DNA of 60,921 nt from Thermoanaerobaculales bacterium (GTDB taxonomy: Bacteria > Acidobacteriota > Thermoanaerobaculia > Thermoanaerobaculales > Sulfomarinibacteraceae): the NCBI GenBank assembly GCA_021107705.1, contig JAIOSJ010000289.1:1-60921 (forward strand), read 5' to 3'. The notes under the pieces were generated by a model. It worked only from the letters and a program-made list of their open reading frames with translations, was not told the origin of the DNA and made no database searches. This document shows positions 1 through 9,497 of the stretch, in pieces (position 1 is the stretch's first letter; every line of letters begins with the position of its first letter). The position numbers were made by a program, and so were the translations under genes.

Positions 1-665
1 ATACCGGTGTCCACGCTTCAGCCCAATTGGCCCACTTCGATCTTCCAGTCGTGATCCCGGCGAGGGGCATGCTCAAAAGCCTCAATAGCCGTCTCCCGGA
101 AGCCATCCGAATCCGTCGAGTTGATCTCGTCCGTCCGACATTCCACGCGCAGAAATTCGCCCGCGCGAAACTCTATTCTTACCGAATTCGCTGGATGGAC
201 TGCCCGCCTGTCTCGCCCTGGACCATTCTCCGCTCGGCTATCCTGCGCCGGCCGGCCGACCTTCGGGACCTGCGCACGGCACTGGGGCGCCTTCAGGGAA
301 TTCATGACTGGGCCTCTTTTTCGGTCAACAACCCGGAGATCATCAACACCCGCCGACGGATTTTCTCCACCGGGATCAAAGAGAGCCGTCACGGAATCCG
401 ATTAGACTTCAAGGGTGATGGCTTTCTCCGCTACCAGGTCCGACGTATGGTTGGCGCCCTGCTCCAAGTTGCGTGGAGGCACCATGATCTCGAATGGTTC
501 GAGAATTTGACGGCCCGACCCGCACCCGGCAGCGCGGTCTTCAACGCACCACCACGCGGACTGACTCTCGAAAAAATCTACCTCCGGACGCCATCGGTCG
601 GAGGTCTCCCGGAACCAATCGGGGAAAGAGCGATGGTACACTCCCCAGCCTTGGAAAGGGACTGA
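1..665 (+). CDS. truA: tRNA pseudouridine synthase A, C-terminal part (5' end lies outside the window)
   Basis: The frame is open from base 3. Translation begins TGVHASAQLAHFD (TruA GVHA motif) and runs through ORF 27..665 (GFLRYQVRRMVGALL). Confidence 0.85.
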   Translation, partial: TGVHASAQLAHFDLPVVIPARGMLKSLNSRLPEAIRIRRVDLVRPTFHAQKFARAKLYSYRIRWMDCPPVSPWTILRSAILRRPADLRDLRTALGRLQGIHDWASFSVNNPEIINTRRRIFSTGIKESRHGIRLDFKGDGFLRYQVRRMVGALLQVAWRHHDLEWFENLTARPAPGSAVFNAPPRGLTLEKIYLRTPSVGGLPEPIGERAMVHSPALERD

Positions 666-666
666 T

Positions 667-1479
667 TTGGACAAGGATGGTATTGCGCTCCCGGGCACAC
701 CGGAAAGGGATCTTTTGGAACTGGTCCTTCCGGATGAGCTGCCTCAACACGTTGCCATCATCATGGATGGCAACGGCCGCTGGGCGCAGGCTCGCAACCT
801 CCCGCGGGTTGAAGGCCACCGCGCCGGTATCCGGGCAGTGAGGGCCTCGGTTGAAACCGCCGCACGGCTCGGAATACCAACGGTCACACTCTATGCGTTC
901 TCGACCGAGAACTGGAAGAGGCCCGCTCTTGAAGTCAAGGCCTTATGGGGTCTGGCGAAAAATTTCATCGACGCCGAGCTCGACACTTTCAAGAGGAACA
1001 ACCTCCGCTTCCGAACCATCGGTGATATCAGTCGACTCGACACGTCGGTTCAGCGCTATCTCAAACGGGCGATGACGGCCACGGCCGAATGTACCGGAAC
1101 TCTCGTGCAGATTGCCTTGAACTACTCTGGGAGAAACGAAATCACCCGCATGATCAGAAATGCGGTGAATCGTGCCGCCGACGGCGATCTCCAGCCCGAA
1201 TCGATCACCGAACAGTGGATCGATGACCATCTCGATACGGCGGGGACCCCCGATCCCGATCTCCTGATTCGAACCTCCGGCGAATTCCGTCTTTCCAACT
1301 TCCTGCTCTGGCAGGTGGCCTATTCAGAAATCTACATTTCACAGGTTTTGTGGCCGGATTTTGATGCTGCCGAGTTCCTCAAAGCTACTCTTTCTTATCA
1401 AAAGCGCGAACGCAGGTTCGGCGGTCTCTCATCCGAGCCAGCCGCCACCGCAGCCCCATCTGGAGAGTCCTCTGTTTAA
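667..1479 (+). CDS. uppS: undecaprenyl diphosphate synthase
   Basis: HVAIIMDGNGRWA, AFSTENWKRP and IRTSGEFRLSNFLLWQ are signature cis-prenyltransferase motifs. Confidence 0.95.
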   Translation: MDKDGIALPGTPERDLLELVLPDELPQHVAIIMDGNGRWAQARNLPRVEGHRAGIRAVRASVETAARLGIPTVTLYAFSTENWKRPALEVKALWGLAKNFIDAELDTFKRNNLRFRTIGDISRLDTSVQRYLKRAMTATAECTGTLVQIALNYSGRNEITRMIRNAVNRAADGDLQPESITEQWIDDHLDTAGTPDPDLLIRTSGEFRLSNFLLWQVAYSEIYISQVLWPDFDAAEFLKATLSYQKRERRFGGLSSEPAATAAPSGESSV

Positions 1480-2287
1480 ACGTGAACTCTTTGCCTTTGT
1501 CGCCGGTCCGCTGGTACTCGCCGGGATCATTTGGGCTCCAAGTTGGGTGTTTGTTCTCATTCTCAGTGGGGTTGTTCTGGTCGCCGGCGACGAATTGCTG
1601 CGCATGGCACAGGGGGCCGGGGTGCGCTGTGGGCGGGTGATTCCCCTCCTGGCCCTCGCCCTTCTCCTCGGCACGGCCGCTTTCGCGGGTCCCATCGAAC
1701 TTGCCGCGGGCGCCGCAGTCGTCATCCTGCTGCTCCCGGTCGTCCAACTGCTTCACCCGGACACTCCTCAGGGCGCACTCACGGGAATGGCGGTCGGTGT
1801 TTTTTCCGTTCTCTACCTTGGGTTCACTTGCGCCTCTCTCGGTTGGCTGCGGACGATGCCGACCGACTCGAACACGGGTGTCAAGGTCCTCCTTCTCTTT
1901 ATGCTCTCGATCTGGATTGGTGATTCCGGCGCCTATTACGTGGGCAAGAATCTCGGCCGTCACCGCATGTCGCCTCGGGTCTCACCCAAGAAGACCTGGG
2001 AAGGGCTGGCAGGCGGAATTGTCGCCACCTTCATGGCCGCGGTGGTTTTCAATCTTTTGTTTCCTCTTCCTTTCGCCTGGTTCCACATCATGGCCATTGC
2101 CGGGATTCTTTCGGTTGCCGCGCCGGTGGGAGATCTCATCGAGTCCCTGTTCAAGCGAGATACCGGAGTCAAGGACTCGTCCTCACTCATTCCCGGTCAT
2201 GGCGGCTTACTCGACCGAACCGACAGTCTGCTCTTCGCGGCGCCCCTCGTCCTTGCCTATCTGTTGGTTTCAGGCATCATCCAATGA
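1364..2287 (+). CDS. cdsA: phosphatidate cytidylyltransferase (start uncertain)
   Basis: Polytopic membrane protein with a C-terminal SxxKRDxGVKDSSxLIPGHGGxLDRxDS motif. An ATG at 1364 would overlap uppS by about 116 nt. There is no canonical start between 1479 and the GTG at 1547. Confidence 0.8.
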   Translation: MLPSSSKLLFLIKSANAGSAVSHPSQPPPQPHLESPLFKRELFAFVAGPLVLAGIIWAPSWVFVLILSGVVLVAGDELLRMAQGAGVRCGRVIPLLALALLLGTAAFAGPIELAAGAAVVILLLPVVQLLHPDTPQGALTGMAVGVFSVLYLGFTCASLGWLRTMPTDSNTGVKVLLLFMLSIWIGDSGAYYVGKNLGRHRMSPRVSPKKTWEGLAGGIVATFMAAVVFNLLFPLPFAWFHIMAIAGILSVAAPVGDLIESLFKRDTGVKDSSSLIPGHGGLLDRTDSLLFAAPLVLAYLLVSGIIQ

Positions 2288-3438
2288 AACGCCTCGCAGT
2301 TTTGGGCAGCACCGGGTCCATCGGCCGGTCGACTCTGTCCGTGGTCGAGTCTTTTCCCGGTCTTTTCGAGATCGAGGCGCTCGCCGCCGGCCGGAATCTC
2401 GAAATCCTACGCCCGCAGATTGCCCGCCACAGACCTTCGTTGGTGGCGGTCGCTCAACGTGAAGATGCCGTGGGTCTTGGCCGCGAGTTTCCGGACACAA
2501 AAATCACCTGGGGGTCCGACGGTCTGAACGAGATCGCCTGTGCCCCCAAGGCCGACACCGTTGTGGCTGCCCTCGTCGGTTCGATGGGCCTGCCCCCGAC
2601 TCTTGCCGCCATCCGGGAGGGGCGTCACATTGCCCTGGCCAACAAGGAGACCCTGGTCGTTGCCGGCGATCTGGTCATGGCGGAGGCCTCCAGCGCCGGG
2701 GTACAGATCCTGCCCGTTGACAGTGAACACAATGCGATCCATCAGGCATTACGGGTCGGGCCGGCCGACAGCGTCAAGAAGCTCATCCTAACCGCTTCCG
2801 GCGGCCCTTTTCGCACCTGGGACAAGGGCCGGATTCACACCGCCACCATTTCCGAGACGCTGGCTCACCCGACCTGGAAGATGGGTCCAAAGATCTCTGT
2901 TGACTCGGCATCAATGATGAATAAGGGACCTGAAATAATCGAGGCCCATCCCCTCTTCGGGGTCCCGGAAGATCGGATTGACGTACTTGTCCACCCTCAG
3001 AGTCTGGTCCACTCCCTGGTGGAGTACATTGACGGAACCCTGATTGCGCAGCTCTCGGTAAACGATATGCGATTCCCCATTCTCTATGCGCTTGCGTGGC
3101 CCGATCGCCTCACATCACCCCTGCCGGCCCTCGACCTGGTCAAGGCCGCTCAACTAACCTTTGAGGCGCCCGATCCGGTGCGCTTCCCGGCCCTCCGTCT
3201 GGCACGGGAGGCACTCCGCGCCGGAGGCGAATTGCCGGCTGTATTGAACGCCGCCAACGAAGAGGCGGTTACTGCCTTTCTCCAGGGGAACTGTCCTTTC
3301 GGAGCCATCAGCGAAACCGTTGAGAAGATCATGGAGGCCTGGCTCAGCCGCAACCATCCTCTGGCGGGCCTTGAACAGGTTCTCGAAGCCGACACCCAAG
3401 CCCGACGCCTCGCTCGGAAAGAACTCGGTTTGGGCTGA
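2284..3438 (+). CDS. dxr: 1-deoxy-D-xylulose 5-phosphate reductoisomerase
   Basis: N-terminal LGSTGSIGxSTL NADPH motif, LANKE, PVDSEH and HPxWxMG. ATGA overlap with the cdsA stop. Confidence 0.95.
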   Translation: MKRLAVLGSTGSIGRSTLSVVESFPGLFEIEALAAGRNLEILRPQIARHRPSLVAVAQREDAVGLGREFPDTKITWGSDGLNEIACAPKADTVVAALVGSMGLPPTLAAIREGRHIALANKETLVVAGDLVMAEASSAGVQILPVDSEHNAIHQALRVGPADSVKKLILTASGGPFRTWDKGRIHTATISETLAHPTWKMGPKISVDSASMMNKGPEIIEAHPLFGVPEDRIDVLVHPQSLVHSLVEYIDGTLIAQLSVNDMRFPILYALAWPDRLTSPLPALDLVKAAQLTFEAPDPVRFPALRLAREALRAGGELPAVLNAANEEAVTAFLQGNCPFGAISETVEKIMEAWLSRNHPLAGLEQVLEADTQARRLARKELGLG

Positions 3439-3621
3439 GTTTTTCCGGGCCTGAATCACTCAGTTTAGGTTTGATTATGGACGGCCCGGAGGAAGAGTCC
3501 ACTCTTGAGTGGTCCCAGTATGTATAATATGCGGATGGGCCTCGAAGGGCTTGAGTGTCCATGTTTTGTTCGTTGATAATGATGCGCTGGGCCTTTGGCC
3601 CTCGATAGCGGTGGTGTCGCA

Positions 3622-4953
3622 ATGTTCGTAAGTATTCTCGCATTTTTCTTTGTCCTCGGTGTGCTCGTGGTCCTCCACGAGGCCGGGCATTTCCTCGTGG
3701 CGCGTTTTCTCGGTGCGCCGGTTGAAGTTTTTTCGGTCGGTTTCGGAAAGAGAATCTGGGGCTTTGAGCGAGGGGGAACCGATTATCGCCTGAGTATCGT
3801 TCCCTTTGGCGGCTATGTTCGGATCGTGGGTCTGGGTCCTGACGAGTCGGACCTCGTGGGCGACAGCGACGTCGAGCCGGAGCTTCTTCCCCGTTGGCAG
3901 CGCGCTCTCATTTTGCTTGGCGGACCACTGACGAACGTCGTGGCGGCCGTCGTGCTCGTTGCCATTGCATTCATGATCGGTGTTGAAGTTCCGGCCTATC
4001 GAACTGGTGTGCCGAGTGTGGGTTGGGTCGAGCCTACCGCGCCGGCCGCCGCCGCGGGCATTCAACAGGGGGATCTCGTTCTGTCCGTGGATGGGGTCAT
4101 GACCGACAACTGGCAGGAACTGGAGGTCGAGATCTTGTCCTCGGGCGGACGAGAAGTCGTCCTCCTCCTTGAGAGAAACGGCAAGCAAATCGAAATCAGC
4201 CTGACTCCCGAGAAGGTGTCTCGCTACGGTTTCGGCTACTCCGGAATGCTGCCCCCGCTGAGTTCGGAGATCGTGAAGATTCAGCCCGGGTCTCCTGCTG
4301 CTGCTGCCGGCCTCCAGCCCGGTGACCGAATTCATGCGGTCAACGGCGAGACCGTCGAGCAATTTTACGATCTGATCCGGCTGATCTCACCCCACCCAAA
4401 TGAAGAGATCACCCTACTCATAGCACGCTCCGGCGAGAACAAGACGGTCGCCATAACTCCCCGCGAGAGCGGCGGAGAAGGCAAGATCGGAATCGCGCTC
4501 ATTTTCCCCAGTCGGTTTGAACGCCTCGGTCCGGTGGCCGCCACCGGCACCGCCGTTCGTGAATGCCGTCGCATGACCCGCGAGACCTTCCGGGTCCTTG
4601 GTCGGCTCCTGACCGGCAAGGCCTCACTGAACCAGGTGTCGGGTCCAATCGACATCGCAAGGATTTCCGGTGAGGCCGCCAAGGCCGGCATCCACTCACT
4701 CATTTGGTTGATGGGCGTCATTTCGCTCCAGTTGGGCATTTTCAATCTGCTGCCGATCCCTGTTCTCGACGGGGGCCATCTCGCGATTCTCAGCGTCGAA
4801 TCGGCTCTGCGCCGAGATCTTTCGCTCAAGCTCAAGGAACGCATCCTCGAAATCGGATTCGTTGCGTTGATCTTGCTGATGGTTGTGGTGCTTTTCAACG
4901 ATGTCCTGAAAATCTTGCCCGAAAACCTCTACCAGATGTTCTCCCGCGGTTGA
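3622..4953 (+). CDS. rseP: RIP site-2 zinc metalloprotease (M50) with PDZ domains
   Basis: HEAGHF (HExxH) lies about 19 aa from the ATG at 3622, and NLLPIPVLDGGH lies near the C-terminus. The ORF could also start at the TTG at 3595. Confidence 0.9.
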   Translation: MFVSILAFFFVLGVLVVLHEAGHFLVARFLGAPVEVFSVGFGKRIWGFERGGTDYRLSIVPFGGYVRIVGLGPDESDLVGDSDVEPELLPRWQRALILLGGPLTNVVAAVVLVAIAFMIGVEVPAYRTGVPSVGWVEPTAPAAAAGIQQGDLVLSVDGVMTDNWQELEVEILSSGGREVVLLLERNGKQIEISLTPEKVSRYGFGYSGMLPPLSSEIVKIQPGSPAAAAGLQPGDRIHAVNGETVEQFYDLIRLISPHPNEEITLLIARSGENKTVAITPRESGGEGKIGIALIFPSRFERLGPVAATGTAVRECRRMTRETFRVLGRLLTGKASLNQVSGPIDIARISGEAAKAGIHSLIWLMGVISLQLGIFNLLPIPVLDGGHLAILSVESALRRDLSLKLKERILEIGFVALILLMVVVLFNDVLKILPENLYQMFSRG

Positions 4954-4976
4954 AGGTCGGAGGAAGATCACCAGCG

Positions 4977-5705
4977 ATGAACCTTCGTGCTAAATTCCTC
5001 AATGTGATGGCTCGCCTTCTGGTGGTCGGCGCCTTTCTTTTGGCGGCAGGGGTTGTTTCCTGGTTTTCACTGGTTTTTACCGTTCATCTCGGAACCGTTG
5101 CGGTTCCGGAACTCCGCGGAGCAACCCAAGAGGAGGCCGATCGGCTTGCCCACGATCTTGGTCTCGTCATGGATGTTGACCAGTCCGGGGTGTTCAGCGC
5201 CACGATTCCTGCCGATAAGATCGCCTTCCAAAGACCGCTCCCGGGGTTCCACCTGAAGGCCGGAAGCACGGTAACGGTCCGACTCAGTCTTGGGGACGAG
5301 CAACTGGAGGTTCCCGACATCGGTGAGGAAAGCTTGCGGGCCTCCATTCGAATTCTCGAGGGGATCGGCCTTCGTCCGGGGCTCAAAGCCGAGATTTCCG
5401 GACAGGGCGGCGGCGACGCTCTTCTCGCCACGAGTCCGGGACTTGGCGCCAAGGTGGCGCCCGGGACTGAGGTCGACCTGCTCATGAACCGCGCGCCCAA
5501 ACAACAGCTGTGGGTCATGCCCTCTTTGTTGTCGCAACGCATCGGCGTGGTGCGGACTTTTACTCAAGCCAACCGCCTTCGCCTTGGCAGGGTGCACGAT
5601 GTAGACTACCCAGGCCTCCAGGCGGGCCTCATTTTGCGCCAGTATCCGCCGTCGGGAAGCCCAGTGTCCCGGTCGGATATCATTACTCTTTGGATCAGCA
5701 AATAG
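4977..5705 (+). CDS. membrane-anchored PASTA-repeat protein
   Basis: ATG at 4977 preceded by GGAGGAAG. N-terminal TM helix, then three repeats resembling PASTA (VPELRGATQEEA..., VPDIGEESLRAS..., MPSLLSQRIGVV...). Confidence 0.7.
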   Translation: MNLRAKFLNVMARLLVVGAFLLAAGVVSWFSLVFTVHLGTVAVPELRGATQEEADRLAHDLGLVMDVDQSGVFSATIPADKIAFQRPLPGFHLKAGSTVTVRLSLGDEQLEVPDIGEESLRASIRILEGIGLRPGLKAEISGQGGGDALLATSPGLGAKVAPGTEVDLLMNRAPKQQLWVMPSLLSQRIGVVRTFTQANRLRLGRVHDVDYPGLQAGLILRQYPPSGSPVSRSDIITLWISK

Positions 5706-5708
5706 GTC

Positions 5709-6377
5709 ATGGACATCCGTATTGCACCGTCGTTGTTATCCGCCGATTTTGCTCGCCTGGATCGAGAGGTGGCCGAAATTCATGAAGCAGGCGCAGACCT
5801 GCTTCATCTCGACATCATGGACGGCCACTTTGTTCCCAACCTCACCTTCGGCCCACAAATTATCGCGGCGCTGGCCCCACACGCGCGGACTGCACTGGAC
5901 GCTCACCTGATGGTGACGGATGCCGACGCCCTCCTCAGCCCTCTCGCCGATTGCGGAGTCAGTCGGGTTGCCGTTCACGTCGAAGCCTGCACTCACCTCA
6001 ACCGCACTTTGAGCACGATTCGCACCTTGGGCATGATTCCCGGCGTTGCCCTCAACCCTGCAACCCCGGCATCAACCCTCGAAGAGGCACTCAATTGGGT
6101 GGACTTCGTTCTCGTCATGTCGGTCAATCCGGGTTTCGGAGGACAGTCGTTTATCTCGGCCTCGATCAAGAAAATCGCCCTTATCCGAAAGATGGCAAGC
6201 GGCCGGACTCTTGATATTTCGGTGGATGGCGGTGTTGGGCCGGGAAATGCCGAAGAGATCGTGCGGGCCGGGGCAACGACCCTGATCGCCGGCTCTTCGG
6301 TATTTGGTCAGACCGATCGAAGGGCGGCCATCCGAAAATTGCGTGCCCTCGGTCAAAAAGGAGTCTCTCAATGTTGA
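5709..6377 (+). CDS. rpe: ribulose-phosphate 3-epimerase
   Basis: PSLLSADFARL, HLDIMDGHFVPN, MSVNPGFGGQ and VDGG motifs. Confidence 0.95.
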   Translation: MDIRIAPSLLSADFARLDREVAEIHEAGADLLHLDIMDGHFVPNLTFGPQIIAALAPHARTALDAHLMVTDADALLSPLADCGVSRVAVHVEACTHLNRTLSTIRTLGMIPGVALNPATPASTLEEALNWVDFVLVMSVNPGFGGQSFISASIKKIALIRKMASGRTLDISVDGGVGPGNAEEIVRAGATTLIAGSSVFGQTDRRAAIRKLRALGQKGVSQC

Positions 6378-7168
6378 ACCAACGCTACTTCATTGTTTTC
6401 GCTTTGCTCGTCGGAACATTCACCGGTTGTGCGAGTGCAATTCGCGAGGATCAACTCCTCACCGAGGTTGCGAATATGGACAAGCAGGAGGTCTTCGACA
6501 GGGCCGAAGCGCTCTACGCCCAGGGCGATGTCGTTGATGCGCGGAAGTACTTCAGCTTCGTGTACGACACCTTCCCGAATGACCCCCTGGGCCATAAGGC
6601 AGCGCTGAGGGTGGCGGACACCTATGCGGCCAAGCGCGACACTGCCAGCCTCACCGAGGCCAGACTGCGATTCCGCGATTTCGCCAATCGCTATCCCAAT
6701 GATCCCGACCGGGATTACGCCCTTCTCATGGTGGGCCAGACATACTCGGCAAAACAGATGAAGCCCGATCGTGACCTTTCGACTCTCCACGAAGCGCTCC
6801 ACGCCTACGAGCAGATGATCACCCTGTACCCGGACTCGGTCTACCGCGAAGAAGGCGAGAAACGGATTGGCCAGTTGCGAGACGTGCTTGCCGAACACGA
6901 ACTGATTACGGCCGAGTACTATTTCCGCAACAAACGATGGCTTGCGGCCCAGTGGCGGATCGAATATCTCAAAGAGAATTACCCGGATTACGCCCGCATT
7001 GAAGAGGCCGATGCCCTTCTCGAAGAATCCAAACGCCAGGTCACTGAAGTTCAGGAGAAAATGCAGAAGATCATTGACGCGAAACGCAAATCCATCGAAA
7101 AGAACAAACAGCAATCAGCCGAGGACGAGAAACCCGCCGGTGACGGCCAGAACTCACCTGGTCAGTAG
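6371..7168 (+). CDS. bamD: outer membrane protein assembly factor BamD/YfiO-like lipoprotein (TPR)
   Basis: Lipobox LVGTFTGC, TPR-like repeats and typical BamD strings (RVADTYAA, FRDFANRYPNDP, LITLYPDS). Confidence 0.8.
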   Translation: MLNQRYFIVFALLVGTFTGCASAIREDQLLTEVANMDKQEVFDRAEALYAQGDVVDARKYFSFVYDTFPNDPLGHKAALRVADTYAAKRDTASLTEARLRFRDFANRYPNDPDRDYALLMVGQTYSAKQMKPDRDLSTLHEALHAYEQMITLYPDSVYREEGEKRIGQLRDVLAEHELITAEYYFRNKRWLAAQWRIEYLKENYPDYARIEEADALLEESKRQVTEVQEKMQKIIDAKRKSIEKNKQQSAEDEKPAGDGQNSPGQ

Positions 7169-7364
7169 CAATTTTAATCTATACAAATAAACGGGTTGCA
7201 CATTAATGAATGTATTTTGACATCACGGTACATCCCATGCAACGATCTCCAATCGGACAATTTCGCGGCACATTGGGCCGCAAGTGATTCAGACAGGAGA
7301 CGTTGACGCCATATCCAGCGTGGAGTACCCTATTGTTGTGCTTCCACGTAAAGGGAGAGGAACC

Positions 7365-8459
7365 ATGAAGATCACAGTGTCGGTCACCATTGCCGTAATG
7401 ACCCTGGTTCCCTTGGTCGTCGCGGCTCAGTCGGTTGCGCCTCCACCACAACCGCTTCACCTGGTTGGGGACCATTGGACTCCATACGATCCCCCGTCCG
7501 ATTTTCCTGAGGGGACCCAGGTCCACATCGTCGAAAAGGGCAACACCTTGTGGGATCTTGCGCGAACCTACCTCGGCGATCCCTACTTATGGCCCCAGAT
7601 TTGGGAGCGTAATCCTTACATCAGGGACTCTCATTGGATCTATCCGGGTGACCCGATCGTCATCGATCTCGCGGTTGTTGAACCGGAGCCGATAGAGGTG
7701 GAGGTGGTTGAGGAAGAGTTCGACGTTTCGGAAATCACCGACGAATTCGAGGATTCGGGTCACGTAGGAGTTCCCTATCCTCTCGCCTCGTCGGCTGATA
7801 TTTACTGTTTTGCGATCCTCGTCGAGGACGAAAGCATCTTTCAATACAAGATTGCCTCGGCGGAACGCATCCAGTTCCAGGATCATTATTCCGTCGGAAA
7901 TGTCGTGTATGTCAACGCCGGCGCCGAACAGAACATGCGCGCGGGCGACCGTTTTTTCGTCTATCATCGGGAAAGGAAGCTTGTTCACCCGATATCGCGC
8001 AGCAAGATGGGCTACATCTATGAGCGCGTGGGTCAGTTGAAGATTCTGTGCGCTCAGGAGGGTACCTCGATAGCCGAAATCACCTTCGCCTGTGATTTCA
8101 TAGGAATCGGCGACGTGCTTCTCCCCTTCAGGCCAATTCCGGTGCCGCTTGTGCTGGACGCCGAACCGACCGACCAATGCGATCCCCCGACCGGTAAGCC
8201 GACTGGGTACGTCATCCATTCAAAAGACCGGGTGATCGAAAGCGGAACCGGCCAGGTCGTCATGATCGACCTCACCGAGGCCGAGGGGGTCTACCCCGGC
8301 CAGTTCGCAACGGTCTTTCGGGACAACCCGGTTGAGGGCATGCCCCGCCTTCTCGTGGGTGAGCTCGGCATCTTGACGGTCGAGGAGAATTACTCAACGG
8401 CCATTGTCCATGACTCGTGGACACCCGTATTTATCGGGGACCGGCTGGAGTTGAAGTAG
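7365..8459 (+). CDS. secreted LysM domain protein
   Basis: ATG at 7365 after AAGGGAGAGG. Signal peptide MKITVSVTIAVMTLVPLVVAAQS. LysM-like HIVEKGNTLWDLARTYLGDPYLWPQIW. Confidence 0.75.
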   Translation: MKITVSVTIAVMTLVPLVVAAQSVAPPPQPLHLVGDHWTPYDPPSDFPEGTQVHIVEKGNTLWDLARTYLGDPYLWPQIWERNPYIRDSHWIYPGDPIVIDLAVVEPEPIEVEVVEEEFDVSEITDEFEDSGHVGVPYPLASSADIYCFAILVEDESIFQYKIASAERIQFQDHYSVGNVVYVNAGAEQNMRAGDRFFVYHRERKLVHPISRSKMGYIYERVGQLKILCAQEGTSIAEITFACDFIGIGDVLLPFRPIPVPLVLDAEPTDQCDPPTGKPTGYVIHSKDRVIESGTGQVVMIDLTEAEGVYPGQFATVFRDNPVEGMPRLLVGELGILTVEENYSTAIVHDSWTPVFIGDRLELK

Positions 8460-8469
8460 ACCACCTACA

Positions 8470-8949
8470 ATGCTGCCCCCTTGGGTATTCAATGATGATG
8501 ATCGTCTGTTCATGGGGGGCGCCTTGGTTGAAGCAGAGGCAGCCGCCGAACGAAACGAGGTCCCCGTCGGAGCGGTATTGGTGCGCGACGGCGAGGTCCT
8601 CGCCCGAGCCGGAAATCAACGTGAGCTTTCCGGAGATCCGACGGCACATGCCGAGATCCTGGTTCTGCGAGAGGGAGGTCGGTCCACAGGAGATTGGCGG
8701 CTGTCGGACGCGACTCTCTACGTCACCCTCGAACCCTGTCCAATGTGCCTTGAAGCGTGTCGGCAGGCGCGGATCGGTCTCATTATCTGGGGCGCCGCCG
8801 ACCCCGTCATGGGTGCCTGCGGCTCGGTTGTGGATTTTGCGGAGGATCCACGGTTGACCCCTCGCCTCGCCCAACGGGGGGGGCTTGAATCCGAGAAATG
8901 CGCCCGGCTTCTCCAAAGATTTTTTGCCAAGCGGCGCGATCCATATTAA
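8470..8949 (+). CDS. tadA: tRNA adenosine(34) deaminase
   Basis: CMP/dCMP deaminase zinc motifs HAE...PCPMC in a protein of about 160 aa. Confidence 0.9.
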   Translation: MLPPWVFNDDDRLFMGGALVEAEAAAERNEVPVGAVLVRDGEVLARAGNQRELSGDPTAHAEILVLREGGRSTGDWRLSDATLYVTLEPCPMCLEACRQARIGLIIWGAADPVMGACGSVVDFAEDPRLTPRLAQRGGLESEKCARLLQRFFAKRRDPY

Positions 8950-8966
8950 TATGCGCCTCTTGGTAC

Positions 8967-9056
8967 GGAGAGGTGCCAGAGTGGTCGATCGGGGCGGTCT
9001 CGAAAACCGTTGACCTTTCACGAGGTCCAAGGGTTCGAATCCCTTCCTCTCCGCCA
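8967..9056 (+). tRNA. tRNA-Ser (anticodon CGA)
   Basis: Hand-folded cloverleaf: acceptor GGAGAGG/CCTCTCC, anticodon loop CU-CGA-AA, long variable arm, T-loop GGTTCGAATCC, encoded CCA. Confidence 0.9.
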
Positions 9057-9078
9057 GTTCTTTGTCAGTTATTTATGC

Positions 9079-9168
<90 letters not shown>

Positions 9169-9180
9169 GTGAGTCTTTCA

Positions 9181-9307
9181 GGGGCCCTTGGTGGAGTCCG
9201 GGCCCTGTGCATCGTCGCTCTTCGAATCGTGTCAGGCCCGGAAGGGAGCAGCACTAAGAGGAATTCCGGCGAGTGCCGCAGGGTACCCGGGCTCCATCAA
9301 GGGCCTC
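9181..9307 (+). ncRNA. ffs: signal recognition particle RNA (small bacterial 4.5S type)
   Basis: Contains GTCAGGCCCGGAAGGGAGCAGCA, matching the conserved helix-8 motif GUCAGGUCCGGAAGGAAGCAGC. The 5' GGGGCCCTTGGTGGAGTCCGGG pairs with the 3' CCCGGGCTCCATCAAGGGCCTC. Confidence 0.85.
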
Positions 9308-9316
9308 TTTCTACGC

Positions 9317-9416
9317 TACCCCGCATTTCTTATCAATGATCTGGTGCGGCCGGCGATGCACCATGCCCAGCGGCCCTTCGACGCCCTCGTGACGAAAGCC
9401 GGTGAAGTGCGGGCTA
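9317..9416 (+). repeat. short (about 100 nt) degenerate member of the intergenic inverted-repeat element family (copy C)
   Basis: TACCCCGCATTTC (5') and GAAGTGCGGGCTA (3') are near-complementary. They resemble the termini of the copies at 18.4 and 53.7 kb. Internal GCACCATGCCCAGCGG and GACGAAAGCC resemble blocks of those copies. Confidence 0.5.
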
Positions 9417-9497
9417 CCCACCCCTCGACTGATTTCTGGTTCTGCCTTGCTCGGTATGGCGGTAACACCGAATCCGTTGTGATGTTAAGATGCACCT

